Positions 1-9,543 of a stretch of DNA of 64,000 nucleotides are shown in pieces. A program made the translations under genes and the position numbers. Numbering within the stretch: position 1 is the first letter of the stretch; the number at the start of each line of letters is the position of its first letter. Below the pieces are notes generated by a model, which was not told where the DNA came from, searched no databases, and saw only the letters and a list, made by a program, of their open reading frames with translations. Source of the DNA: Bacilli bacterium (GTDB lineage Bacteria > Bacillota_I > Bacilli_A > RF39 > UBA660); contig JAGAIS010000006.1 of the NCBI GenBank assembly GCA_017626405.1, positions 7,100 to 71,099 of the forward strand. The letters run 5' to 3'.

Positions 1-1625
1 CAAGCACCTTACAAACCGTATCAAATGATGATGATATGTTTAAAGGCATAGCTAAAGAATCAGTTGTTAAATTGACTGGTACTTTAAGAGCTCGCGATGA
101 AGGAACTTACAATGAGCGTATATCTTCCGGAAAGGTTGAATTAGTAGTAGATAAACTCGAAATGTTGGGTGAATCAGTTCATGAGTTACCATTTGAAATA
201 ATGACTAGTAAACAGACAAAAGATGATGTTAGACTTAAATATCGCTATTTAGATTTAAGAAACGATAATGTAAAGAAAAATATATTGTTGAGATCAGAAA
301 TTTTACATTATTTGAGAAATAAAATGTACGATTTGGGATTTACAGAAGTACAAACGCCAATACTAACAGCATCAAGTCCTGAAGGAGCAAGAGACTTCGT
401 TGTACCATCAAGATTATATAAAGGAAAATTTTATGCATTACCACAAGCACCTCAAATATATAAAGAACTACTTATGGTAGGTGGATTCGAAAAATACTTC
501 CAAATAGCACCATGCTTTAGAGATGAAGATGCTAGAGCAGATAGAACTCTAGAATTCTACCAATTAGATTTAGAGATGTCATTCGTTGAAGAAGAAGATG
601 TGTTGAATATTGGAGAAGAAATCTTCTATGATACATTTACAAAATTCTCAAATAAAAAGGTAAGTCCAAGACCATTTAGAAGAATAAGTTATCTAGATGC
701 AATGGAAATGTATGGAACAGATAAACCAGATTTAAGAAATCCACTTATTATCAAAGATGCGTCAGTTGTTTTAAAAGATACTACTTTTGGTCCATTCAAA
801 AATTCAACAATTAAAGTTATAGTAGCTGATGGAATAGGTGAATATTCAAATTCATGGTTCAATGATGTAGTTGATTTTGCATCAAGTATTGGAATGCCAG
901 GAATCGGATATATTACTCTTATGAGTGATGGATCCCTAAAAGGACCTATTGACAAGTTCTTAAGTGATGAAGAGAGAAAGTCTTTAATTGAAGAATTTGA
1001 TATGAAAGAAAACTCAGTAATGTTCTTCATTGCAAATAAGAGATTAAACATTGCTCAAAAATTTGCTGGTCAAATAAGAGATTATCTTGGAAAAAAGATG
1101 GATTTAATAGATCCAGATAGATTAGAATTATGTATAATAAATGACTTCCCAATGTTTGAATATGATGAACAAAAGAAGAAATGGGATTTCTGTCATAATC
1201 CATTCAGTTTACCTCATGGAGGAATAGAAGACTATGATACAAAAGATCCAAGTGAAATCTTGGCATATCAATATGACTTTGTATGTAATGGAAATGAAAT
1301 GGCATCAGGAGCAATAAGAAACCATGATTTAAATTCACTAGCAAAGGGATTTGAAATAGTAGGATATACAAGAGAAGAAGTAGAAAATAGATTCAAGAGT
1401 ATATTTACAGCATTTAAATATGGATGTCCACCACACGGAGGAATGGCGCCAGGAATAGACAGAATAATAATGTTAATCCAAGACGAACCAAACTTAAGAG
1501 AGGTACAAGCATTCCCACCAAATGCAAGTGGACAAGATTTAATGATGGGAAGTCCATCAGAATTGACAAGCGAACAATTAGAAGAACTTGGAATAGTAAT
1601 TAAGGAGGATGAAGATAATGAATAG
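1..1625 (+). CDS. aspS: aspartate--tRNA ligase, 5' end cut by the window edge
   Basis: The reading frame stays open upstream of the listed Met at 36, back to the window edge. Class II aaRS motifs are present (FYQLDLEMSF, GGMAPGIDRIIML). Length fits a bacterial-type AspRS with an insertion domain. Sits directly upstream of gatCAB. Confidence 0.9.
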   Translation, partial: STLQTVSNDDDMFKGIAKESVVKLTGTLRARDEGTYNERISSGKVELVVDKLEMLGESVHELPFEIMTSKQTKDDVRLKYRYLDLRNDNVKKNILLRSEILHYLRNKMYDLGFTEVQTPILTASSPEGARDFVVPSRLYKGKFYALPQAPQIYKELLMVGGFEKYFQIAPCFRDEDARADRTLEFYQLDLEMSFVEEEDVLNIGEEIFYDTFTKFSNKKVSPRPFRRISYLDAMEMYGTDKPDLRNPLIIKDASVVLKDTTFGPFKNSTIKVIVADGIGEYSNSWFNDVVDFASSIGMPGIGYITLMSDGSLKGPIDKFLSDEERKSLIEEFDMKENSVMFFIANKRLNIAQKFAGQIRDYLGKKMDLIDPDRLELCIINDFPMFEYDEQKKKWDFCHNPFSLPHGGIEDYDTKDPSEILAYQYDFVCNGNEMASGAIRNHDLNSLAKGFEIVGYTREEVENRFKSIFTAFKYGCPPHGGMAPGIDRIIMLIQDEPNLREVQAFPPNASGQDLMMGSPSELTSEQLEELGIVIKEDEDNE

Positions 1626-1917
1626 TGGATTTACTCCTGAAAAAGTGGATAAATTGGCTGATTTACTCCTAATAGGTTTAACTGAAGAAGAAAAACAAAT
1701 GGTATTCGATGAATTTGCAGTAATTGATGCCAATATCAATAAAATCAATGAAATTGATAATATCGAAAGTATAAAACCTATGACACATGCTCTAGATGAT
1801 TTTGAATTTTCTTTAAGAGAAGATGTAGTTGAAGAATCTATTCCAATTGAAATAGCTTTATCTAACTGTGATCAAATAGAAGATAGAGAAATAGAAGTTC
1901 CAAAGGTGGTGGGATAA
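1618..1917 (+). CDS. gatC: Asp/Glu-tRNA amidotransferase subunit C
   Basis: Small acidic GatC-like protein in the gatCAB order. Start moved to ATG 1618, 9 nt after GGAGG at 1604-1608; ATG 1609 is too close to the SD. Confidence 0.85.
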   Translation: MNSGFTPEKVDKLADLLLIGLTEEEKQMVFDEFAVIDANINKINEIDNIESIKPMTHALDDFEFSLREDVVEESIPIEIALSNCDQIEDREIEVPKVVG

Positions 1918-3374
1918 TGAAATATATGAATAAAAGTATAACTGAGTTACATGAAATGTTAGTTAAAGGAGAAGTAACTTCAGAAGAATTAGTTAAAGAA
2001 TCATTAGAGTTATCTCATAAAGTACAAGAAAGATGTAATGCTTTTGTAACAATTATGGATGATGCATCAGGAGGAGAAGTAAACGACGAATTATTATCAG
2101 GTATTCCTTATGGTGTAAAAGATAATTACTCATTAAAAGATGTATTATCAACAGGTAGTTCAAATACATTAAAAGATTATGTTCCATTCTTTACGGCAAC
2201 AGCAGTAGAAAATTTGAGTAAACATGGTGCTATTCCTGTAAATAAAACAGCTATGGATGAATTTGGTATGGGAGGAACTGGTACTACCGGACATACTGGA
2301 GTACAAAAAAATCCATGGGACTTGACTCGTATGTGTGCTGGATCTTCAAGTGGATCTGCAGCCTCTGTTGCAAGTGGAGTATATCCATACGCGTTAGGTT
2401 CAGATACAGGAGATTCAATAAGAAAACCGGCCGCATATTGTGGTATTGTAGGATATAAACCTACATACGGAATGATTTCTCGATATGGACTATTTGCATT
2501 TGCATCAAGTTTAGATCATTGCGGAGTTTTAACTCGAAGTGTAAGAGATGCTGCAATAGTAGTAGATGGAATGAAGGGAATAGATAAGTATGATATGACT
2601 ACTTGGGATTCAAGTAACATTCACTTAAATGATGATCTAAATGATGATGTAAAAGGTAAAAAACTATTCTATATTAAAGAATTAGTAGATATTGAAAATT
2701 ATCCTGATGCCAGTGATGAATTAAAGAAACATTTAGAAATATTCAATGAGACAGTTGAAAAATGCCGTTCATTAGGAATGACTGTTGAAGGTGTTTCAAT
2801 TGATAAAAAATTATTAGAAGCTATTCCATCAGTATATGTCGTTATTTCTTGTGCTGAAGCAACAAGTAATATGTCTAATCTAACTGGTATAGTATTCGGT
2901 CCAAGAAGCGATGGAAATAACTACTATGAAATGATGAAAAATTATCGTACAACAGGTTTTAGTCCATTAATTAAACGTAGATTCGTAATTGGTTCATATG
3001 TTTTACAAACTGAAAATCAAGAAAGATATTTTAAAAATGCACAAAGAGTAAGAAGACTAGTTGTTGATACAATAAAAGAACAATTTAAAAAATATGATGG
3101 ATTAATATTGCCAGTTGGTACGGGAGCTGCAAAACATTTAGATGGATCGCTTGACGCATTAAATAGTGGAACATCAGCACTAGAAGACCATTTACAAATT
3201 GGAAACTTTGGAGGATTCCCATCAATAACAATTCCGGATGGATTTATTGATGGATTACCAGTAGGTGTAAATATTACAGGTAATTGTTATGATGATCAAA
3301 ATGTTTTAAATATTGCTTATGCTTTAGAAAAAACAATGAATTATAAAGGTCAAATAGCTGGAGGTGAAGAATAA
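1917..3374 (+). CDS. gatA: Asp/Glu-tRNA amidotransferase subunit A
   Basis: Amidase-signature protein (GSSSGSAASVASG ... GSDTGDSIRKPAA). The ATG overlaps the gatC stop (TAATG). Confidence 0.9.
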   Translation: MKYMNKSITELHEMLVKGEVTSEELVKESLELSHKVQERCNAFVTIMDDASGGEVNDELLSGIPYGVKDNYSLKDVLSTGSSNTLKDYVPFFTATAVENLSKHGAIPVNKTAMDEFGMGGTGTTGHTGVQKNPWDLTRMCAGSSSGSAASVASGVYPYALGSDTGDSIRKPAAYCGIVGYKPTYGMISRYGLFAFASSLDHCGVLTRSVRDAAIVVDGMKGIDKYDMTTWDSSNIHLNDDLNDDVKGKKLFYIKELVDIENYPDASDELKKHLEIFNETVEKCRSLGMTVEGVSIDKKLLEAIPSVYVVISCAEATSNMSNLTGIVFGPRSDGNNYYEMMKNYRTTGFSPLIKRRFVIGSYVLQTENQERYFKNAQRVRRLVVDTIKEQFKKYDGLILPVGTGAAKHLDGSLDALNSGTSALEDHLQIGNFGGFPSITIPDGFIDGLPVGVNITGNCYDDQNVLNIAYALEKTMNYKGQIAGGEE

Positions 3375-4819
3375 TGGCTAAATATTTTGTTACTATTGGA
3401 CTTGAAATGCATTGTGAAGGTTCTAAGACAAATTCAAAAGTATTTTCAAGTGCAAGAAATGAATATACAGACATTCCAAACGCAAATATTAGACCATTAG
3501 ATATGGGATTCCCAGGGACTCTTCCAGTATTAAATAAAGAAGCAGTAAGAATGGCTTTAATGATGAGTATAATATTGCATGCTAAACAACCTGAGTATAT
3601 GTATTTTGAAAGAAAAAACTACTATTATCCAGATATGCCAAAAAACTATCAAATTACTCAAAACCCTCCTGAAGATTGCGTAGGTATGGGAGGATATTTA
3701 GATATAATTAGAGAAGACGGTTCTACTTTTAGAGTTGATATCGATAACTTCCACTTAGAAGAAGATGCAGCTTCAATGAACCACTTATATGATACTTCAA
3801 CAATAGATTATAATCGTGCAGGTAATCCACTTTTTGAACTTGTTACTAAACCATGTTTACATTCTGCAGATGATGCAGTTTCATTCCTTGAATATGTAAG
3901 AGCAATATATCAATATTGTGGAATAAGTGAAGCGGATTCTAAAAAAGGACATATTAGATGCGATGTAAATGTTTCAATAAGTGATGACGAGAATACTTTA
4001 GGAACAAAAGTTGAAATGAAAAATGTAAATTCATTTGGTGGAGTACATGATTGTATAGTATATGAAATTAAAAGACAATCAGAATTAAAAGATGCAGGAC
4101 GTTATGATGAAGTAATTCAAGAAACTCGTCGTTGGGATGAAGAATCGGGAACTACTATTCATATGCGTGATAAAGTAGATGCAGAAGATTATAAATACTT
4201 TGTTGAACCAAATATACCTAAATTTAAGATTACTCAAGAGTGGATTGAAGAGATAAGAAAAAGTATTCCAGAATTACCATATGAAAGAAAAGAAAAGTAC
4301 ATGGGAGAATATGGTCTTTCTAATTATGATGCAGGTATATTAATTAAAGATATTAATACTGCTCAGTATTTTGAAAAATGTATTGAACTTGGTGCAGATG
4401 CTAAAAGTGCTGCAAACTGGATTACGGGAAATATTTTAGGATACGTTTATAAATACGAAATTAATATAGAAGATCTATATTTAACTCCTGAAAGATTAAA
4501 TGTAATATTAAATTCTATGAAGGAGGGAAAGATTTCTTCAAAACAAGCAAAAGAATTATTCTATATGGTTCTTGAAAGAAAAGAAGAACCTGATGATATT
4601 ATGAAATCTGTTGGTATGCAACAAATTTCTGATGATAGCACTTTAACAAATATTGTTTCTGAAGTTTTATCAGAAAATCCAAGTCAAATAGAGGAATATA
4701 AAAATGGTAAAACTAATATGTTTGATTACTTTGTTGGACAGGTCATGAAAAAAACGCGTGGACAAGCCAACCCAGTTAAAGTAAAAGAATTGTTAAATAC
4801 TGAATTAAGTAAGAGATAA
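3374..4819 (+). CDS. gatB: Asp/Glu-tRNA amidotransferase subunit B
   Basis: GatB catalytic region plus a C-terminal YqeY-like helical domain. GGAGGTG SD; the ATG overlaps the gatA stop. Confidence 0.95.
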   Translation: MAKYFVTIGLEMHCEGSKTNSKVFSSARNEYTDIPNANIRPLDMGFPGTLPVLNKEAVRMALMMSIILHAKQPEYMYFERKNYYYPDMPKNYQITQNPPEDCVGMGGYLDIIREDGSTFRVDIDNFHLEEDAASMNHLYDTSTIDYNRAGNPLFELVTKPCLHSADDAVSFLEYVRAIYQYCGISEADSKKGHIRCDVNVSISDDENTLGTKVEMKNVNSFGGVHDCIVYEIKRQSELKDAGRYDEVIQETRRWDEESGTTIHMRDKVDAEDYKYFVEPNIPKFKITQEWIEEIRKSIPELPYERKEKYMGEYGLSNYDAGILIKDINTAQYFEKCIELGADAKSAANWITGNILGYVYKYEINIEDLYLTPERLNVILNSMKEGKISSKQAKELFYMVLERKEEPDDIMKSVGMQQISDDSTLTNIVSEVLSENPSQIEEYKNGKTNMFDYFVGQVMKKTRGQANPVKVKELLNTELSKR

Positions 4820-4835
4820 ACTCTTACTTTTTTTA
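4807..4835 (+). terminator. rho-independent terminator after gatB
   Basis: Stem aagtaagag/ctcttactt followed by a T-run; overlaps the gatB stop. Confidence 0.6.
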
Positions 4836-4841
4836 CTTTTT

Positions 4842-4850
4842 TGGTATAAT
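4842..4850 (+). promoter_or_regulatory. extended -10 promoter element (TGgTATAAT)
   Basis: TGgTATAAT lies immediately after the gatB terminator and about 40 nt upstream of ATG 4889. Confidence 0.45.
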
Positions 4851-4888
4851 AATAAATAGAAACATAGAATAAAAAAGGATTGATTATT

Positions 4889-6358
4889 ATGATAAAGATA
4901 AAACATTGTATTTTTTTATTATTATTGATAATTGTGCCAGTAAATATTTATGCTTATGAATTAACATGTGATAGATCAAATGTAAATTATGATGAGAATT
5001 TCTTTTGCTATTTAACGGGAGAGTCGAATCAAGTATACAATGAATTAAGTGGAAACATACTTAGCAATAATAATATAATCAAATGTACTCCAACTTCTTT
5101 CTCTAATGGATTGAGTATTATTGAAAGTAGTAAAAGTTTTGCATATATGGGGAAACCAACAGATGAAAAATTAGTGACTTTCAGTTGTAAACTTACTGAA
5201 CAATTATCTAATGTTGAAAAAACACAAATAAAGATAGATAGTTTTAAATACGATGTTGGAGGAAATGGATTATCTAGTGAAAACGAGATCCTATCAACAG
5301 ATTTTATCAATGCTAATATCTATGATAATGAAACAGAAATCGACGACTTACCACGAAATACTTCGAATCCAGATTCTCTATTAAAAGAGTTGTCTGAAGA
5401 AAATCTAAACATTGTTTTTTCTCGTTTTGTTACCATATATAATCAGGAAGTATTGTATGAAGTAGAAAAGCTAAATCTAAATGTGGTTGCTAATAATCCA
5501 CAAGCTACTATTAGAATCGAAGTAAATGGAATAGATAATAATACTAATCTAAATATTGGAAAGAATGTAATTAATATATTCGTTACTTCTCCGGATGGCG
5601 TAAGTACGACATGTTATACTTTAAATGTTACTAGACTTGCTCGAGGAGAGAGTATTTACTACCCTGAAAAAGACGCAACTCTTTATAGTTTAATTCTTCC
5701 TGGATATGCAATTTCTTTTGATAAGGATACTTATGAATATCGCGTTCATCTAACAAGCGATGTATCAAAATTAACTGTTAATGCAGTACCAACTTACGAT
5801 GAGGCAACAGTAGATATATCATCAACTACAAATTTGCGAAATAATAGTATTATTAAAGTGACAGTTACTAGCAAAGATAAATCAAATACTCTTGTGTATT
5901 CAATTAAAGTAACCAAAGATGCACCAAAAGTGAACTATATTCCCTATATCGTAGCGGGAATAATTGGTATATTATTGATAGTTATGATTGTGTTATTCAT
6001 AAAAACTAGTAAGACGAAAAAGTCTGGAGGGCCAACAGTAATACCTGATGTTGATTTAAATAGTAATATTAATCAAACGAATGCAAATATTCCAAATAGT
6101 CAAGCCCCTAGTAATACTCAAGAGATAAATAGTAATGTGATTTCAAATAATATTCCTGAACAGAATATTGTACAACCGGTAAGTGTTCAAACAAATAATG
6201 AAACTCCAATTGGAAATCAATTAAATCAAATTCAAAAGGAAAATAATATAAATTACACAAGTAATGCAGTAAGTCAAATTACTACAGAAGAAAATACAAT
6301 TAATCAAAGTAATATAACAAATGATCAAAGTAATATAACAAATGAAAACAATCAATAG
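4889..6358 (+). CDS. membrane-anchored surface protein with two cadherin-like beta-sandwich modules and an Asn/Gln-rich tail
   Basis: Signal peptide MIKIKHCIFLLLLIIVPVNIYA. Two ~85-aa modules with the L..L.....F....Y.Y.v ... Y.i.V.R pattern. TM helix YIPYIVAGIIGILLIVMIVLFI, then a low-complexity N/Q/S/T tail. Start set to ATG 4889 (AGGA 9 nt upstream). Confidence 0.6.
   Translation: MIKIKHCIFLLLLIIVPVNIYAYELTCDRSNVNYDENFFCYLTGESNQVYNELSGNILSNNNIIKCTPTSFSNGLSIIESSKSFAYMGKPTDEKLVTFSCKLTEQLSNVEKTQIKIDSFKYDVGGNGLSSENEILSTDFINANIYDNETEIDDLPRNTSNPDSLLKELSEENLNIVFSRFVTIYNQEVLYEVEKLNLNVVANNPQATIRIEVNGIDNNTNLNIGKNVINIFVTSPDGVSTTCYTLNVTRLARGESIYYPEKDATLYSLILPGYAISFDKDTYEYRVHLTSDVSKLTVNAVPTYDEATVDISSTTNLRNNSIIKVTVTSKDKSNTLVYSIKVTKDAPKVNYIPYIVAGIIGILLIVMIVLFIKTSKTKKSGGPTVIPDVDLNSNINQTNANIPNSQAPSNTQEINSNVISNNIPEQNIVQPVSVQTNNETPIGNQLNQIQKENNINYTSNAVSQITTEENTINQSNITNDQSNITNENNQ
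6303..6344 (+). repeat. perfect 21-bp tandem duplication inside the coding tail
   Basis: atcaaagtaatataacaaatg occurs twice back to back, encoding (N/D)QSNITN x2. Confidence 0.8.
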
Positions 6359-6373
6359 TTGATTGTTTTTTTT
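6348..6373 (+). terminator. rho-independent terminator
   Basis: Stem acaatcaa/ttgattgt around the stop codon, then a T-run. Confidence 0.6.
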
Positions 6374-6400
6374 GACTATTTAGATAAAGAATTGTATACT
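6372..6400 (+). promoter_or_regulatory. sigma-A-like promoter (TTGACT-17-TATACT)
   Basis: TTGACT at 6372-6377, a 17-nt spacer, TATACT at 6395-6400; 24 nt upstream of ATG 6424. Confidence 0.5.
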
Positions 6401-6423
6401 TAATATGAGGGCAAGGTGATAAT

Positions 6424-7410
6424 ATGGCATATTATTTAGGATATAGAAAAGATGGTGAACTTCATCCGATTGATTTAAACATAGAGAATGCAAATGACAT
6501 ATTATCAATTGTTAACTTTACATGTAGTTTCGAAAATGAAGAACAATTTATGGAATATTTGTGTTCCGAAGATTTAATTCCTTTAGAAGATGTAGAATTA
6601 GTGTATTTGATAGAAAAAGGGAAAAAAGGAAGTAAAATCTACAATGAACTTCCAAATGTTAAGGAGATATTCTATTATTGCAGTTCAAATAATTTTAATA
6701 TCGAAAAGATTAAAAACTATTTAGAACGAAACTCTCATGATAGTGCATTAATAAAATATTTATTATCAAATTTATTAAAAAAATATGGGATTATAGCATG
6801 TGCAAAAAAATTTTTAATTGAAAATATTAAGACATCGAGCAGAAGGGAGTACTTAATATCAGTACTTGAAACATTGAGCACACATTCTTCATCTATCAAT
6901 CTTAACTGTAAACTCAGTAAGTTAATTGATTCAATAAAAAGCGAGTCAAATTTTATAGAAATGTCAGTTGAGGATTTAATGGATTTATTGAATAACGACA
7001 ACGAATCTTTAGTATATTTTTATAGATTATTAAAAAAACATCTAAAATTTCCGAAATTATTGGCGGTTGATGACTTGTTAAAACTTGAATATATGATTGA
7101 AGGTTATCATTTAAATAAAACTGAGCAAACAGAATTAATTGAAAGATTTGTTAATCACTGTATCTTTAATGGAACAAAGATGAATTCGCGAAATTTAGTT
7201 GATTTAGGTATTATTATTCATAGTTATAAAGAGTATATTATAGAGTTAGAAATTCAGAATTATAAACCTTTTTCAAATATAAATGAAGAGTATGATGAGA
7301 GAGATGAATTCTTAGAAGAATCAGATTTTACTAGAATTGATATGACAAGTGAAAGTGCTGGAATTAGATTACGACCAACAGATTCAACAAGATGGGGCGA
7401 AAATAATTAA
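6424..7410 (+). CDS. hypothetical protein (328 aa, predicted helical, no recognised domain)
   Basis: Long ORF with AAGGTGA SD; its stop abuts the recombinase start. I recognise no family motif. Confidence 0.5.
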   Translation: MAYYLGYRKDGELHPIDLNIENANDILSIVNFTCSFENEEQFMEYLCSEDLIPLEDVELVYLIEKGKKGSKIYNELPNVKEIFYYCSSNNFNIEKIKNYLERNSHDSALIKYLLSNLLKKYGIIACAKKFLIENIKTSSRREYLISVLETLSTHSSSINLNCKLSKLIDSIKSESNFIEMSVEDLMDLLNNDNESLVYFYRLLKKHLKFPKLLAVDDLLKLEYMIEGYHLNKTEQTELIERFVNHCIFNGTKMNSRNLVDLGIIIHSYKEYIIELEIQNYKPFSNINEEYDERDEFLEESDFTRIDMTSESAGIRLRPTDSTRWGENN

Positions 7411-7411
7411 A

Positions 7412-8302
7412 ATGAATACAAAAATAGATGAATTTATCGAATATATAAAAAAAGAGAGAAATTATTCCGATTATACAGAAACTAATTATACAATTGATTT
7501 AGATAATTTTTCAGAATATATAAGCAAAAAGAAAATAAATTATAAAAGCATTACTTATAAGCAGATTACTGAATATATTAAATACTTAAAAATAGAAAAG
7601 AATTTAAATTCAACAAGTATAAATAGACATCTATCCTCACTTCGAAGTTTTTATAATTATTTAATAAGAATAGGAGATGTCGTTAATAATCCATTTAATC
7701 TAATAAAAGGTCCTAAAAAAGCAATTAAATTACCCAATTATATGAAGTATAATGAATTTGAAGAAATGGTCAATTCTTGTGATAACTCGGATTTAGGAAT
7801 TCGCAATAGAGCAATTTTAGAGACTCTTCTTTCGACGGGAGCACGAGTAGGGGAAATAAAGAATGTAAAACTCTCTGATATTGATTTTTCCAATCATGAG
7901 ATAAAAGTATTAGGGAAAGGTAATAAAGAGAGAATATGTTATTTTAACGATCATACAAAAGAGGCATTAAGAAATTATATTGATAACTCGCGCTTAAATC
8001 TATTAGGAGAGAAAAAATCCGATTATCTATTTATAAATCATATCGGTGGTCACTTAACTGATAGAGGTATTAGATTAATAATTGATAATATTATAAAAAT
8101 TAGTTCTATAAATACAAAAGTAACTCCACATACTTTCCGACATACATTTGCTACGATGCTATTAAATGAAGGATGTGATTTAAAAAGTGTTCAAGAACTT
8201 CTTGGACATGTCAATTTGAGTACAACTAGTATATATACTCATGTTACTAATGATCGTATAAAAGAAATTTATCTTCATACTCATCCTAGAAGCAAAAAAT
8301 AA
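7412..8302 (+). CDS. XerC/XerD-family tyrosine recombinase
   Basis: N-terminal SAM-like core-binding domain (IDEFIEYIKKERNYS..T...Y..DL..F). Catalytic R (TGARVGE), HxxR (HTFRHTFAT), and H/Y (LGHVNLSTTSIYTH). Start moved from 7349 to ATG 7412 to remove the overlap with the upstream gene. Confidence 0.85.
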   Translation: MNTKIDEFIEYIKKERNYSDYTETNYTIDLDNFSEYISKKKINYKSITYKQITEYIKYLKIEKNLNSTSINRHLSSLRSFYNYLIRIGDVVNNPFNLIKGPKKAIKLPNYMKYNEFEEMVNSCDNSDLGIRNRAILETLLSTGARVGEIKNVKLSDIDFSNHEIKVLGKGNKERICYFNDHTKEALRNYIDNSRLNLLGEKKSDYLFINHIGGHLTDRGIRLIIDNIIKISSINTKVTPHTFRHTFATMLLNEGCDLKSVQELLGHVNLSTTSIYTHVTNDRIKEIYLHTHPRSKK

Positions 8303-9213
8303 TTATTAAAAATATCATCATCGACAAAATATAGTACATTATCTATATTTGTATATGTATCCTTAATAGAAGAGTTTATTGCATAGGTAATCTCTTCTTT
8401 TATTGTCTTACTGTTTATATCAGTAAATATGCTATCCGTAAAATTTAAAACAAGTGATCTATCGATAAATTCATAGTTTATCAATTCAGTTTCTTCATTT
8501 ATAAATTCGACAAAATTCGTGTTATATGTAGTAGAACTCTTTAATTCATTGATAATAATTTCAATCTTTTCATTCTTATCATCAGTGATTTTGGTTATTG
8601 GTATATAATATAAAAAATCATCAATGGTTGCAGGATAATATATTGTTACTTCCTTTAAATTATTAATAGAATTAGAATTAAACTCCTTATTTATTTTAAA
8701 ACTTCTATCGAGAACTTCAGGTAGAACTTTATTATTATATTCTATCTTATTTAATATATTATTATTTACTTTTATCGTAATTCCATTAATCCCTTTTATT
8801 GAAGTTAAACTATAAACAATAGCTTCGATCATTTTCTCTTCTAAATAATTCTCGATATTCAATAATTCTTTAGAGAAATTTAATACTAATATTCCATTTT
8901 TTATGTGATAATCAAGCAATCTAGTATTCTCGGGAATAGGAGCTAGAAAACCACTTCTAAGTTTATAACTTAATAAATCATTTTTAGTCATTAATGATAT
9001 TTTTTCATTGATTAAATCATATGTGTTAGTCGATTTAACTTGGATATTCACTCTTGATACATAATTATTATTGTCAAATAGATAAATATCAGTTTCATTT
9101 GTATTTATTGCTGTAATATAGTCTTCTTTTTTAGGAAATAAAAATAATATTTGTACAACTAATATTACTGCTAAAACTATTCCAATATTTTTTAGTATTT
9201 TTAGTTTTAACAT
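8281..9213 (-). CDS. gerM: GerM-like sporulation/germination protein (two GerMN-type domains)
   Basis: N-terminal TM/signal anchor. Repeated pattern IP..T.LL...I.NGILVLNFS.E........E..MIEAIVYSLTSIKGINGI.I.VN, typical of GerMN domains. GAGGTGA SD. Confidence 0.55.
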   Translation of the reverse strand: MLKLKILKNIGIVLAVILVVQILFLFPKKEDYITAINTNETDIYLFDNNNYVSRVNIQVKSTNTYDLINEKISLMTKNDLLSYKLRSGFLAPIPENTRLLDYHIKNGILVLNFSKELLNIENYLEEKMIEAIVYSLTSIKGINGITIKVNNNILNKIEYNNKVLPEVLDRSFKINKEFNSNSINNLKEVTIYYPATIDDFLYYIPITKITDDKNEKIEIIINELKSSTTYNTNFVEFINEETELINYEFIDRSLVLNFTDSIFTDINSKTIKEEITYAINSSIKDTYTNIDNVLYFVDDDIFNNYFLLLG

Positions 9214-9243
9214 ACATTCACCTCAATTAATTATATGTAAAAG

Positions 9244-9274
9244 CAAAAAAATAAGTCGCATAATAGCGACTTAT
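9244..9274 (-). terminator. rho-independent terminator of gerE
   Basis: Stem ataagtcgc/gcgacttat directly after the gerE stop, followed on the minus strand by a T-run. Confidence 0.55.
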
Positions 9275-9480
9275 TATATTTTTAATTCATCCAATTTTAC
9301 AAGTTCTATAACAGCTTGATAGCGAGTATTAACTTCTAATTTTTGAATTACATTAGAAATATGATTTCTAACAGTTTTTTCACTAATATTAAGTTTGCTA
9401 GATATTTCTTTTGTGACATATCCTTCGATTAATAGATTGAATATTTCTCTTTCTCTAGTGGTAAGAATACTTTTATTCAT
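9274..9480 (-). CDS. gerE: GerE-type LuxR-family HTH regulator
   Basis: 68 aa. TTREREIF.LL..G..TKEIS..L.ISEKTVRNHISN..QKL.V..R.QAV.EL closely parallels B. subtilis GerE. Start moved to the ATG 5 nt after GTGAGGA. Confidence 0.8.
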   Translation of the reverse strand: MNKSILTTREREIFNLLIEGYVTKEISSKLNISEKTVRNHISNVIQKLEVNTRYQAVIELVKLDELKI

Positions 9481-9543
9481 AACTATCCTCACTTTCACAA
9501 TTATTCATTATATAATATGAAAAAAGGAGAGTAGGAGTGAATA

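Noticed and set aside
689-1051. Minus-strand 120-aa ORF inside aspS. Similar antisense ORFs occur at 3274-3474, 5029-5310, 6735-7001, 13518-13724, 13913-14104, 14264-14476, 14526-14723, 25459-25704, 36274-36648, 38578-38799, 39902-40108, 43657-43842, 44146-44349, 44944-45135, 45207-45392, 46481-46681, 47356-47673, 47869-48228, 50824-51069, 51196-51390, 54317-54550, 56320-56676, 56757-57050 and 57093-57290.
   Set aside because: All lie antisense within long, motif-supported genes. They lack SD sequences and have the Ile/Phe/Leu/Ser/Asn-rich composition expected of shadow frames in AT-rich DNA.
7412-8302. The tyrosine recombinase as the integrase of a prophage, ICE or other mobile element.
   Set aside because: It has the Xer-type N-terminal domain and length. 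No phage, conjugation or transposition genes are nearby, no flanking direct or inverted repeats were found by eye, and no adjacent tRNA is present.
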